Assembly (NCBI GenBank): GCA_951406725.2
Contig: OX597817.1
Coordinates: forward strand, 82,274,001-82,338,000
DNA from: Octopus vulgaris
Taxonomy: Eukaryota
Reading direction: 5' to 3'
DNA: 64,000 nucleotides
The notes under the pieces were generated by a model. It had not been told where the DNA came from and did no database searches. It saw nothing but the letters and a program-made list of their open reading frames with translations. Each line of letters starts with the position of its first letter. Positions within the stretch are counted from its first letter, which is position 1. Below are positions 51,898 through 64,000 of the stretch, one piece after another. Position numbers and translations under genes: made by a program.

Positions 51898-52579
51898 GTG
51901 AATTGAAGCTAATTTCAAAATAAGAGTCTTTCTTGTGTTGACCTCATGTTTTCCTTATCACTCAGTGAATATTTAAAAATACCTTCACCCGTTCGGGGAG
52001 CAAATACGCTGGACACGTTGTGATTGCCATTACAGTAGTTTCTGAGTAAAACAATACACCCTGTACGGCTATGTCTCTCTATCGGGTTTGTCTAATTGCT
52101 CTGCTCGAGTTAAAGGCTTTCACATAACTTAATTTGATTCTACTAATCGTAACTACGCTCTTATATTTATGTAATTCATTAAACTGGGAGAGTTGTAGAG
52201 TTTTAAGATGTTTCATTAGCATGCATTATTGTCTTAATTATACATTATCTCTTCTCGAAGAGAGATGAGCTGCTTAGGACATATTTACGCTATAAAACAC
52301 ACACGCACACACACATGCGCGCACACACATACATTTATGTATATATGTATATATATATGTGTGTATATATGTATGTGTGGGTGTATCACCAACATCCTCA
52401 ATGATACTGCAATAAACAAACATTTGCAATTAAATCAATGAAGGTATTTTAAATGATTTTTGTTTCCCATTCATTCACTCACCCTTTATGTATATCTTTC
52501 GTTCATAATAGAAAAAGAACTACACTGCACTTTGGCCATATGTTCTAATGTCTTTGTTGATTTCTTCTATTCTATTTAG

Positions 52580-52729
52580 CTAAACGTCAATATGATAACT
52601 GGGGTGCTTGGTCTGCCTGTACAGTTTCTTGCGGAACAGGTGTTTCAAAGCGTACCCGACACTGTCTTCTCGCGAAGTGTTACGCCAATTCAGAAGAAAA
52701 CAAAACGTGTAACGCACAGCCCTGTCCAA
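52580..52729 (+). CDS. exon 4: thrombospondin type-1 (TSP1/TSR) domain
   Basis: Acceptor TATTTAG|CT, donor CAA|GTAAGG; (A)KRQYDNWGAWSACTVSCGTGVSKRTRHCLLAKCYANSEENKTCNAQPCP with 6 Cys, WxxW and RxR; 150 nt, phase 1-1. This frame is absent from the ORF track. Confidence 0.93.
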
Positions 52730-53194
52730 GTAAGGAAATGTTTATTGGAATTAATACTATTCATTCACTTATGATATTATAACCTGGGAATTATTAGTTT
52801 TGCTTTTATCGTTTATATGAAATCTTGAGTTAATTATTATACCAAAAACAAACTTTGTAAAATAAGTATTTGAAATCAAACGACAAACAGGTATGGTATT
52901 AATGATGGCCGACTTTTCATATATCTTGCCGAGATTACTTTTGATTCGCTTTGTAATTTCTTCCCAGAACAAAAACTGTTATTGTCTTTTATCCTCATAC
53001 AAAATGAGTAAATACTATTATATTACAGCGTTATGAGTAAATAATATTTATTATCTTATAACGTCATATAATTTAGCAAGCAATAACATTAACTTTAGCT
53101 TCATACATATGATCAAACAAAAGTATTATGTTATAGTATCGTACAAATGAGCAAACAATAATTTATAGTGTCTTACAAATTATCAATCAAATCA

Positions 53195-53625
53195 AAGGCT
53201 GCGAACTGGCAGAATCGTTAGCACGCTGGGTAAATTGTTTAACAGCATTACGTTTCGAGTTCAAATTCCGCCGAGGTCGACTTTGCTTTTCATCCCTTTG
53301 GAGTTCGATAAAATAAGTACCTGTAAAGCACTGGACACGATGTCATCATCTCCCTCGAAATATTTGGCCTTGTACCAACATTTGAAACTAATATTATTAT
53401 ACTATATAAAGGCGGCATGCTGGCAGAATCGTCAACACGCCGCTCAAAATGCTTAGCAGCATTTCGTCCGTCTTTACGTTCTGAGTTTAAAATCCGCTGA
53501 GGAGACTTGCATTTAATCATTTCGAGATCGATAAAATAATTATCAGTTGAGCCCTGGGATCGATGTAATCGACTTATTCCATCGCTCGAAATTACTGGGC
53601 TTGTACCAAAATTTGAAATCAATAT
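53195..53625 (+). mobile_element. two adjacent SINE copies (521-889 family)
   Basis: AAGGC(T/G)GC..CTGGCAGAATCGT heads at about 53195 and 53409; B-box-like GAGTTCAAATTCC; core and tail. Confidence 0.85.
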
Positions 53626-54407
53626 AGCGTTATACAAATATTCGAGTGACAATACTATTTTTAAGCATCATATAAAAGATCAAACAATACATTCATCTAA
53701 TTGCGTCATAGAAATATGAAACAATACTATCTTGCAGGTTCATACAAATTAGTAAAACATTACTATTACTCTAATGGGTAAGAGAAATGAACAAATGATA
53801 CTATTATTTTATAGTGTCATACAAAGAAGGAAAGATAATTATTCTATCACCTCATACAAATGAGTATCAGTTCACATTAAGAATACCTGCCATGAAAAAA
53901 AACACCTTGTTCGTTTATGAGGGAGAATGCATCGAAGAATGCATCATCCCAAATGTCTTCGCCTTTCAGAAAGGTAACGTGCGATTTTATGGAATTTTGG
54001 CGGCTACTTTTAGCTAGTCAGGGGATCTCATCGGGACTTACATGTTAGTTTGCCGTTACTGAAATACACATAAAGTATGAAATGGAATCGGTGGTCTTTG
54101 TGGTTATGTAAGAATTCCTTATTGACCAAAGATATCTTGGGGAAAAAAAACCTTAGTTTTTGTTGTTGCTATTTAACACCAGTCCATCCTGCATTATGTA
54201 AGCATTATGATCAAAATCATTCCAGTTACAGTAGAGATATCTTGTGCTAAACTATCTATTATAAAATCAATTGTTTTTAGTTGCTAGAGTTGTGATCTTA
54301 GGGTGATTTAACTACTCTTTGTAGTAGGTAAAGTCCCTACATTTAGATTCTTTCGAATTCTAGGTAATTTTAAGCTGATGACATATTTTATAACTAATTG
54401 GCGACGA

Positions 54408-54950
54408 ATGGAGGCACGTGATTTAGTGATTAAGGTGCTGTACACATGATGGCGCGACTGTGGTTTCGATTTCTGGGTCGGACGATGCATTGTGTTCTTA
54501 AGTGAAATATCTCGCTTCATATTGCTTCTATCCACTCAACTGGCAAAAATGAGCAACGTACGACGAAACTGTGTTCTGTTGAAGAGGAAATATATATATC
54601 ATGGAATCCGTGAAGGTTGCCGACGGGCCTTATTTTTCGTTTTTGAATTAGCAGGGTCGTTAGAGCATCAGGTAGAATGATTTGTGGCGTTTGTTTTTAT
54701 CCTCTTTGCTCTTGGTTCATATCTCACCGAGGTGAACTTTATTCTTCATTCCTTTCGGGCCTGATATTTATAGAAATAATCGACGATGAAGAATTGGTGA
54801 AATTGTGTCAGTCTTGTGTTATCAGTTTCGAGACTGAGTTCTGAGTTCAAAGTCATTTGAGGTAAACTTTGTCTTTCATTTCTTTCGAGTTCGATATATA
54901 AAGTACCAATCGAAGAGTAGAGGATTAGCGAATTTGTATGACAGCCGATC
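54408..54950 (+). mobile_element. cluster of decayed SINEs
   Basis: TGGAGGCACGTGATTTAGTGATTAAGG head like 56469, then two degraded cores of the 521-889 family. Confidence 0.65.
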
Positions 54951-55219
54951 AAGGCATCTCATGGTATTAATTCAGAGATTGAGTTTTAAGGTAAAATTGC
55001 ATCTCCTGTCGCCGAAAAATAAAATACAAAAGAATAAAACAGGAAAGGAAATATTCAGCATCACTTCTATCAGAAGACCTGACCGACAGATACTATCAGT
55101 AAGAGATTTAACCCCCCCGCCAAAAAAAATACTAGAAATTTAATTTATACAGTTCGATCAAAAGATCGATTACCATCATACGATACAACTTATTAATTAT
55201 TTGAAATTTTGTTTTGCAG

Positions 55220-55246
55220 CCATACCCCCAACAACAAAGCCGCCAG
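55220..55246 (+). CDS. exon 5: 27-nt Pro/Thr linker micro-exon
   Basis: TTTTGTTTTGCAG|CCATACCCCCAACAACAAAGCCGCCAG|GTAAGT; phase 1-1; (T)IPPTTKPP joins TSP1 to vWA2 in frame. Confidence 0.8.
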
Positions 55247-55913
55247 GTAAGTAAACAAATATTATATGACCAAGATGTGTAGGCGAATTGATAGGTAATT
55301 ATAGAACTTAAGGCTAAATTCTAAACAATATAGTAATTTTGTTTTACTTTTCTCATATTATCTGTTAAAAACCTCGGGTGTTCACTTTATCTCCGACTTT
55401 TAGTACTGAAAATGTTAAATACCAGTAAAATAATTGAACAATTCTATCGCTTGTATGCTTTTTATTACCCTAACAAAGCATTATTCCGAAAGAAATTATA
55501 GAAGAAAAAATACCATGATATTCAAATGGCATCTAGGTAAATTGCTCCAAGAAATACTAGACAAACTATCAATACTCGGATATATCTCTGCAAATATCTG
55601 TCTATTTGCGTGGGTTGTGCTGTGATATCTTAAAACATGACTTAAAAGGCAACTTCAAGCACTGCTCTTATGTGGGACATATCCTGGGTCAATAAAGGCC
55701 AAAATCCGTCTAAGTTACCACGGAATTATGGAAACATATTTTTTACTCTTCTATAGGTATCGGGTGCACATATTTTGTTCTTTCGTGATATCACTTATAA
55801 ACGGCTTACACTTAGATGTCCAGATACATACGTACATACATACATACATACATACATACATACATACATACATACATACATACTAAATTTAACACTTTCA
55901 TTCTTTTCTGTAG

Positions 55914-56254
55914 TTATCCTAGACTGTAAAGACAATCCTCTTGATATACTCTTCTTGGTGGATTCATCCGGAAGTGTCGGTGCTGCCAATTTCAAGACAA
56001 CTCTTCGATTTGTGAGCAGTTTTGTTGATAGCTTTGAAATTAGTGCTAAACGAGTTCAAGTTGGAGTAACGACGTTTGATAACACTGTGATGCCAAAAAT
56101 TAAACTTAACCAAATATATAACAAACAAGCTCTTAAAAATGCAATTAATAATATTCCTTATCATGGCGGAGGAACTTCAACTGACAAAGTTTTGGCGTTT
56201 GCCAGAACAAAAGGTTTCTCTCCACAGAACGGTGGGCGTACAAATGTCACGCAG
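55914..56254 (+). CDS. exon 6: vWA domain 2, N-terminal part (MIDAS DSSGS, T)
   Basis: Acceptor TTTTCTGTAG|TT, donor CAG|GTAAGA; 341 nt like exon 2; about 82% amino-acid identity to it. Confidence 0.95.
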
Positions 56255-56468
56255 GTAAGAAATTTAACTTATTCTCATTTTTATATTTCCAATGTTTATT
56301 CATCTTTTTGTCGTATATCTTGCCTTAATGTGGAAACCTAATGTCCAATGCTGTTTCAAAGTCGAGTTTCCCATTTATAGCCATTAGGAATATTCTGTTG
56401 TTTCGAATTTTTTGCAAAGTAAACTTTCAAAGTTGTTCTCGAATATTAAGTAATTACACTTTGAATAC

Positions 56469-56727
56469 GTAGAGGCGCATGACTTAGTGGTTAGGGTGTC
56501 AACATCATGATCGTAAGATTGTGGTTTCGATTCCTGGACCGGGCAACGCGTTGTGTTCTTGAGCAAAACATTTCATTTCACGTTGCTCCAGTCCACTCAG
56601 CTGGCAAAAATGAGTAACGCTGCGATGGACTGGCGTCCCGTCCAGCTGGGAACACATACGTCATAGAAACTGGGAAGCCGGGCCCAAGAGCCAGGCTAGG
56701 CTTTAAAAGGGCGCATTTATTTTATTT
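56469..56727 (+). mobile_element. full-length tRNA-derived SINE with 15-bp target-site duplication
   Basis: TTACACTTTGAATAC at 56454-56468 and 56728-56742; A box TGACTTAGTGG, B box GTTTCGATTCC. Confidence 0.92.
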
Positions 56728-58156
56728 TTACACTTTGAATACATAACGACTACAATAGTGCTTAGAATAATTATCTTATTATGTTGTTTTTATTGTCCTT
56801 GGCGCTTTATCTCCTACGCACGTGTCCAAGAGGTTAGGAAATTGCACTTACAATCATAAAATAGCGATTTCCTGACAGGGAATCTTGATCAGATCAATTC
56901 ATTTTACTCAGCTCCAGTACACTCAGTTGTAAATGCGTTCACTTACACGCCAAGGAAAACGGGTTAAGCTCTGGTTTTATGATTTTGATCAATCACGTTT
57001 TTTGTCTAAGTGAAGAAGTACCAAAGGCCTTAAAAAAAGTAAGAATCAAGAAAAATCCGTTAACTAGTCTTCTTGATAACATAGTTCCTGAAGGTCCCTC
57101 TCTAGTTCATTGAAGGTCCCTCTCTAGTCTTCATTAGTGAATTGCCTGAATTGTTTAATTGGTGGATACTACTCATAGAAACATTAATATAATAACTGCA
57201 AAGAGTAGAAGTGGTAAAACACGCTATACAAAAATGTTGTTGCTAGTGTTGTTTAGGCGCAGATAACCTTTAATCTTGTAGATATAAGGCATGACAGCCA
57301 TGATTCTTTCTCTTATTTTCAGATATATAAAAAAAGTCTAAACTGTATAATTATCTAATGTATTTGTATTTCTAAGACGGTAGAGAGAACGCAATGATTC
57401 TTTGTAGCAGATTGTGTTCATTTCATGTACATATATCTGCAAGCGTGTGGTAATCTTTGTTTTATGTAGCCACTTTTTCCATCTTTAAATGTTTGAATCG
57501 AAAATGAAATATTTGACACTGTAGTTAATTCACAAATGTATCGACGACATTTATTTTTAAACTATCTATGGTTTATTTTAGTATTTGAGCAGCGCTTTTC
57601 ATCATATTATTCTTGACTTTACAGTCTAGAAGTGAAATAATTTGTGAAAACAGCGGCCTGGTTTCAACACTTCTTTCTTCTCGCATCTGTTATCAAGCAC
57701 CGATGGTGCCAGTTAGTAAAACAAAACAAAGGGAGAAAATATAATTAAAACACTGAATTGATAATGGCTTTTCTTATAAAAATATAGGTAGATCTAAATG
57801 TCTCTAAATCTGAAAGAATTGTTTCTAAGATGAAAAATACCTCGTACTTTAGATGCAAATTCTGCTTCGTATCAATTTCATGGTCTCACGTCTCAAACCC
57901 GATGCAGTTGAAGAATTGGTAGATTTCATATTCAGAGTAACTAGTACACAAAGAAGCAAATCTATCTCAACCAAATTACTAAACAAATTAGAAGAAACTG
58001 CAATTTACTAGAACATAGGTACAAAGAGATGAAACCAATAACCCTAAAGTTAGAAGCTCAAATATTAATGAGTTAAGTTTTGTATTGGAATATTAATGGT
58101 AAAATAGTCCTAAAGTTGAAGCTGGAATATTAATGGTTTACCTTTTGAATTGTTAG

Positions 58157-58385
58157 GTTGTTGTTGTGCTAACAGATGGACAATCGAGTAATAGAGCATT
58201 TACAAAACGTGAGGCGGACCTTATCCACGGAACAAACATACAAGTATTTGCCATTGGGATTGGTAAAGGCATTAATCGTAACGAACTGAATTCTATCGCC
58301 TCTACCCCTGATATGGTTTCAACTGTAGGAAACTTCAACGAATTAAAGAAAATCCAAGACAAGCTTCATACACAAACATGTACAG
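58157..58385 (+). CDS. exon 7: vWA domain 2, C-terminal part; gene continues beyond the window
   Basis: Acceptor TTGTTAG|GTT, donor CAG|GTAATA; 229 nt like exon 3; no further exon recognised up to 64000. Confidence 0.95.
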
Positions 58386-58418
58386 GTAATATAGAAGTGA
58401 TTCTAATACATCAGTAGT

Positions 58419-58470
58419 TCTTTTATTAACATCGTTTCCTACATCTTTTATTAACATCGTTTCCTACATC
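58419..58470 (+). repeat. 25-bp tandem duplication
   Basis: TCTTTTATTAACATCGTTTCCTACA x2. Confidence 0.9.
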
Positions 58471-58839
58471 CACCAACGAATTATTTCTATATTACTTTTT
58501 GGTTCATTATTATCCAGCATTGGGAAGCTAAGAAATGTCTCGTTCCTGGTAGCATTAAAGTGCGGCTGACACTGAACACGAGTTTCTACATCACCGTTAT
58601 ATGTATGCATGTATGTATGTATGTATGTATGCATGTATGTATGTATGTATGTATGTATGTATGTATGTATGTATATATATGTATTTATGTGTGTAAGAAT
58701 ATATACATTTAAAATCAATTAAAGGTTATGTTATCCTCGTGAAGGGATGGTTCCATTCATGGAAATACTGGTTCAATACCTAGTAGTGTTGGAAAATGAA
58801 ATTCCTTTCAAACAATCGGTATATATTAAGCATATAGTA

Positions 58840-59141
58840 TATAGCCAGTAAAAAGAAGAAAACGGAGGTTAGGAAGTTAACACTTATTTATAATTTACAA
58901 ATTGGTAATTTCCTACTGAAATGAATTGATAGGACCGCATATAACATCTCAAGGTACACCTTTTTTTATTTCTGTTGAAATTATGGTCATATCACATATA
59001 TGCAAATTTAATGTACAAATTTTTAATTAAATTATTGAGTAATAATTGAAACGGCCGTTAGAAGCAAAGATGACCAATTTGTTAATAATGAACAATTGTT
59101 AACTTCCTAACCCCCATTTTCTTTTCTCCTTTTGACTGTAT
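58840..59141. mobile_element. older fold-back element with hammerhead 3' half
   Basis: Imperfect ~80-bp arms (GGTTAGGAAGTTAACA / TGTTAACTTCCTAACC); AAUUAUU[GAGU]AAUAAUU-GAAAC-GGCC-GUU at about 59030-59059. Confidence 0.65.
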
Positions 59142-59150
59142 ACACACTCG

Positions 59151-59505
59151 TGGAGGCGCAATGGCCCAGTGGTTAGGGCAGTGGACTCGCGGTCGTAAGA
59201 TCGTAGATTCGATTCCCAGACCGGGCGTTGTGAGAGTTTATTGAGCGAAAACACCCAAGGCTCTACGAAGCTCTGGTAAGGTGTTGTAGCGAACCCTGCT
59301 GTACTATTTCACCACAACTTTCTCCCACTCTTTCTAACTGTTTCTATTGTACCTGTATTTGAAAGGGCCAGTCTTGTCATACACTGTCTCACGCTGAATC
59401 TCCTCGAGAACTACGTTAAAGGTACACGTGTCTGTGGAGTGCTCAGCCACGTGCACGCTAATTTCATGAATAGGCTGTTCCGTTGTAACCGACGGAGTGC
59501 CACGT
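59151..59505 (+). mobile_element. tRNA-derived SINE
   Basis: TGGCCCAGTGGTTAGGGC A box, GATTCGATTCCC B box; tail shared with 12888-13198. Confidence 0.88.
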
Positions 59506-59636
59506 TACACGCACATATATGTATGCATAAGTTAAAATTAAAGATTAATTCTAACTTTAAAATTTAAACAGCGTTTTGGGAATGTCCTTAGTAGTATGCC
59601 GACAAAGCATACATACATACACAAAGACATGAATAC

Positions 59637-59711
<75 letters not shown>

Positions 59712-60001
59712 AATGGATGTATGGATGTATAATGTATTTATCTATAAATATATAGTGAGAAGTTGCGGGAAAAATTTCTTGTGTAGAAATGTAGCAAAAA
59801 ATAGAAAAAGAAGGAAAATGCAGATAATTTTCGTTGGAAAACATATTTATGAAATAAATCATTTACATAGTCAACCAGTTTTGCTTATGCTAATCATATC
59901 CCAAATAGTCGGTGCTAATGTTATGATTTCATGGTACCGTAAGCTTTCATTCTATGAACAAATTTTTTCCAACATGAAATTCCTGTGCATTTTCCTTCTT
60001 T

Positions 60002-60900
<899 letters not shown>

Positions 60901-60934
60901 TCTACCCGTGTAGAAGAGAATAATTTTGTTTCCT

Positions 60935-61045
60935 GTGTTAAATTATAAGGCACGAAAAGAAATGACTCTCCCCCAGACACAACAGAATATGCTTCAAAAC
61001 ACAAACTCACATGAAGAATCTTGGAAACCAAATCCAAAAGCGAAA
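60935..61045. mobile_element. second copy of the 12377 TA-anchored family
   Basis: Reverse complement of about 12377-12490. Confidence 0.8.
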
Positions 61046-61174
61046 TATATATATATATCAATAATATACATATATAACAATTATATATATATAAATTCAT
61101 ATATATATATATATAATCTATATTTAACGGCGGTGTATAAGCATGGCCGCAGCTCTGAGCTGAAACAAAGAATG

Positions 61175-61285
<111 letters not shown>

Positions 61286-61288
61286 ATA

Positions 61289-61324
<36 letters not shown>

Positions 61325-61349
61325 ATCTATATATATATATATATATATA

Positions 61350-61700
61350 TATACTCTTTTACTTGTTTCAGTCATTTGACTGCGGCCATGCTGGAGCATC
61401 GCATTTAGTCGATGAAAACGGACCCCGGGACTTATTCTTTGTAAGCCCAGTACTTATTCTATCGGTCTCTTTTGCCGAACCGCTAAGTGACGGGGACGTA
61501 AACACACCAGCATCGGTTGTCAAGCAATGCTAGGGAGACAAACACAGACACACAAACACATACACACACATACATATATATATACATATATACGACAGGC
61601 TTCTTTCAGTTTCCGTCTACCAAATCCACTCACAAGGCATTGGTCGACCCGGGGCTATCGCAGAAGACACTTGCCCAAGATGCCACGCAGTGGGACTGTC
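61350..61700 (-). mobile_element. SINE with internal (CA)/(TA) tract
   Basis: CTTTTACTTGTTTCAGTCATTTGACTGCGGCCATGCTGGAGCA...CACTTGCCCAAG.TGCCACGCAGTGGGACTG. Confidence 0.85.
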
Positions 61701-62505
61701 TACATAGCATATATGTCTGTATGCATGTATGTATGCATGTATATATATACATACACATACATACACGCATATATTTGTATGTTTATGTGTGTGATTGAAT
61801 GTGCGTTTGTGCATCATCTGTAGTTGAAGAATTATTCACTTTCTTTTTTGAGATTATATAACGTCGGTATAAACATATTTAGACCTTTCTGCTTACGTAA
61901 GAAATAAGTATCAATTTAATATAATGTCCTTATCTGATCGATACTGTGAATACAATTCATCAAAATCTGAACTGTTTTCTAAATATATTACGTGTTTACG
62001 ATGGCTTCATATCACATGATTAATATTTTTAAAGCTTTTATTAATGCATTGCTTATTTTTCTTTTATATTTTCTGAAAGTAAGATGATTCAATATTAAAG
62101 ATGTAAAGGAGAGAGGGGTGTGTTTCTATTCAGCAAACAAAATACTATTGTCTTACATTGTATAATGATTTGAGCATATAATCTGACTTAGTGTATGCAC
62201 AGCAACTTTTTTGTTTCCATAATAATATGATCATACAGAAGTAAATACAACAAAAAAGCAATACCTCTCAACTTCTTCTTCTTCATCTTTTTCTTCTTCT
62301 TCTTCCATTCTGAAATTCCGCCTTCATTGACCTTGTTTAAATAGGAGCAGTAGAGCTTTCAATCCTCGCCGGAAACAGGTTAACTTCTATCAATACCTGA
62401 TGAGGTGCTTGGTGGTGTTGAGGCCTAAGGCAGTCATTGCCGAGAGAAACTATAATTACAGGCGTTTCCGCCATGAGCATACTATTTCTTTATCTGGCTT
62501 ACCTG

Positions 62506-62572
<67 letters not shown>

Positions 62573-62628
62573 CACAGACATATACACACACAGACACACT
62601 CTCACACACACGCGCGTGTACATGTTTG

Positions 62629-62670
<42 letters not shown>

Positions 62671-62713
62671 TAAGAAAAAAGGTTTGAAAATGCAATTTAA
62701 ACGATGTTTATTT

Positions 62714-62754
62714 ACTTAACCGGTTTCACTCTTTGGTAAAAGATTGTCAAAAGT
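62714..62754 (-). ncRNA. minimal hammerhead, U3-A8 core variant
   Basis: ACUU-UUGACAA-UCUUU[UACC]AAAGA-GU-GAAAC-CG-GUU-AAGU followed by AAUAAA and then the TA tract. Confidence 0.6.
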
Positions 62755-62766
62755 TACATTTAAGGA

Positions 62767-62997
62767 AACATTGAATAATATGGGTTCAAAAAAGTTTTTT
62801 ACATAATTGTCACATTGAATATTATGCATTCAAAAAAGTTTTTTACATAATTGTCACATTGGATATTATGGGTTCAAAAAAAGTTTTTTACATAATTGTC
62901 ACATTGAATATTATGCATTCAAAAAAGTTTTTTACATAATTGTCACATTGGATATTATGAATTCAAAAATGTTTTTTTATACATAATTGTCACATTA
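62767..62997 (+). repeat. minisatellite, ~5 copies of a 44-47-bp unit
   Basis: CACATTG(A/G)ATATTATG(CA/GG)TTCAAAAAAGTTTTTTACATAATTGT, with units at 62767, 62811, 62855, 62900 and 62944; variants alternate. Confidence 0.92.
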
Positions 62998-63359
62998 TTT
63001 GGGAAAATTTGGCAGAAAAGGATAAAACAAATATATTATTGGGAATTGGTTGCGTTAATTATTGGTTGTCGCAAATTGTCACATTACATGTATATATATA
63101 CAATCTTTGGTATATATATATATACAGCGTTTTGACAGCAAAAATTAAAATGGATTTTTTGTACATCTCAGAATATTTTAAGTATGTTTTTACTGACCTG
63201 TCAGTATTAGCAGAAAGGCTGAACTGAGAGAACAGAAGAAGTAGCCAATGTGGTGTATACTTCCCCTTTATGCATGAATGATTTTGGGGTTATCAGGAGG
63301 TTAGTATGCGGGTGTGAATAGATGTGTCCGTGCCTGCTGGTCAGACAGCGTCTGTTTGT

Positions 63360-63578
63360 CACACACATATATATACACACAAACACACACACACACAACA
63401 ACACACACACACACACACATAGTATACAAACACACACCACATACAAACAACACACACACACACAGAACACACACACCCACACACAACGCACCCACATATA
63501 TCACATATACACACAGCACACAAATATAACATGTATCTATATATAACATACACAGATATATAACACACATACACACAC

Positions 63579-63617
<39 letters not shown>

Positions 63618-64000
63618 CACACGCACACATACATACATAATATAAATATCACACAAATACACCTAGCATATATATACACACATACAATACACACATACAG
63701 CATGTAAGTAATATACATACACAATATATGCATGCAATATACATACGCAATACATACATATAATATATATATATATAGACAATGCATATACATATATACA
63801 CATATACATATAAATAGTGTTTACATACACATACATAGATGTACCACATATACACACAACACACATACATACAATGCATACACATACACGTACGCATACA
63901 TATAATATATATATACACACACACACACATAACATACATACACACACAATGCATACATATATATACACGCAATGCATATACATGTATTCATGCACATATA
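63360..64000. repeat. degenerate (CA)/(TA) low-complexity tract
   Basis: Direct reading. Confidence 0.9.

Noticed and set aside
52592-52774. ORF-track peptide MITGVLGLPVQF...
   Set aside because: Wrong frame; the spliced frame at 52580-52729 encodes the TSP1 domain.
62397-62470. CUGAUGA ... GAAAC pair on + strand
   Set aside because: No NUH triplet with a pairable stem I or stem III could be formed.
62767-62997. Regularly spaced repeats considered as a CRISPR array
   Set aside because: Units are contiguous with no unique spacers, there are no cas genes and the context is eukaryotic; it is a minisatellite.

Overview
AT-rich, microsatellite-saturated animal genomic DNA. The SINE families and repeat landscape point to a cephalopod, probably Octopus (inference). 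There is one host gene, on the + strand, read directly from splice sites and frame continuity: TATA box, signal-peptide exon (38759-38828), vWA1 (47487-47827 and 51669-51897), a TSP1 exon (52580-52729), a 27-nt Pro/Thr micro-exon (55220-55246) and vWA2 (55914-56254 and 58157-58385). The gene runs on past the window. The rest is mobile DNA: a full-length decayed IR/DR Tc1, a DD37D maT element, mariner remnants, a non-autonomous Helitron nested precisely in a Dong/R4-type LINE, Tx1/L1 and Penelope RT remnants, and many tRNA-derived SINEs. The most striking signal is not in the ORF track. At least 8 unrelated non-coding elements, embedded in (TA)n/(CA)n tracts and usually arranged as fold-backs, carry Type I hammerhead ribozymes. 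Two look like retrozymes (about 350-nt and 363-nt tandem monomers with the ribozyme at the tip of a long rod), and three families use a compensatory U3-A8 catalytic core (UUGANAA). All folds were worked out by hand; cleavage activity, expression and novelty are untested.
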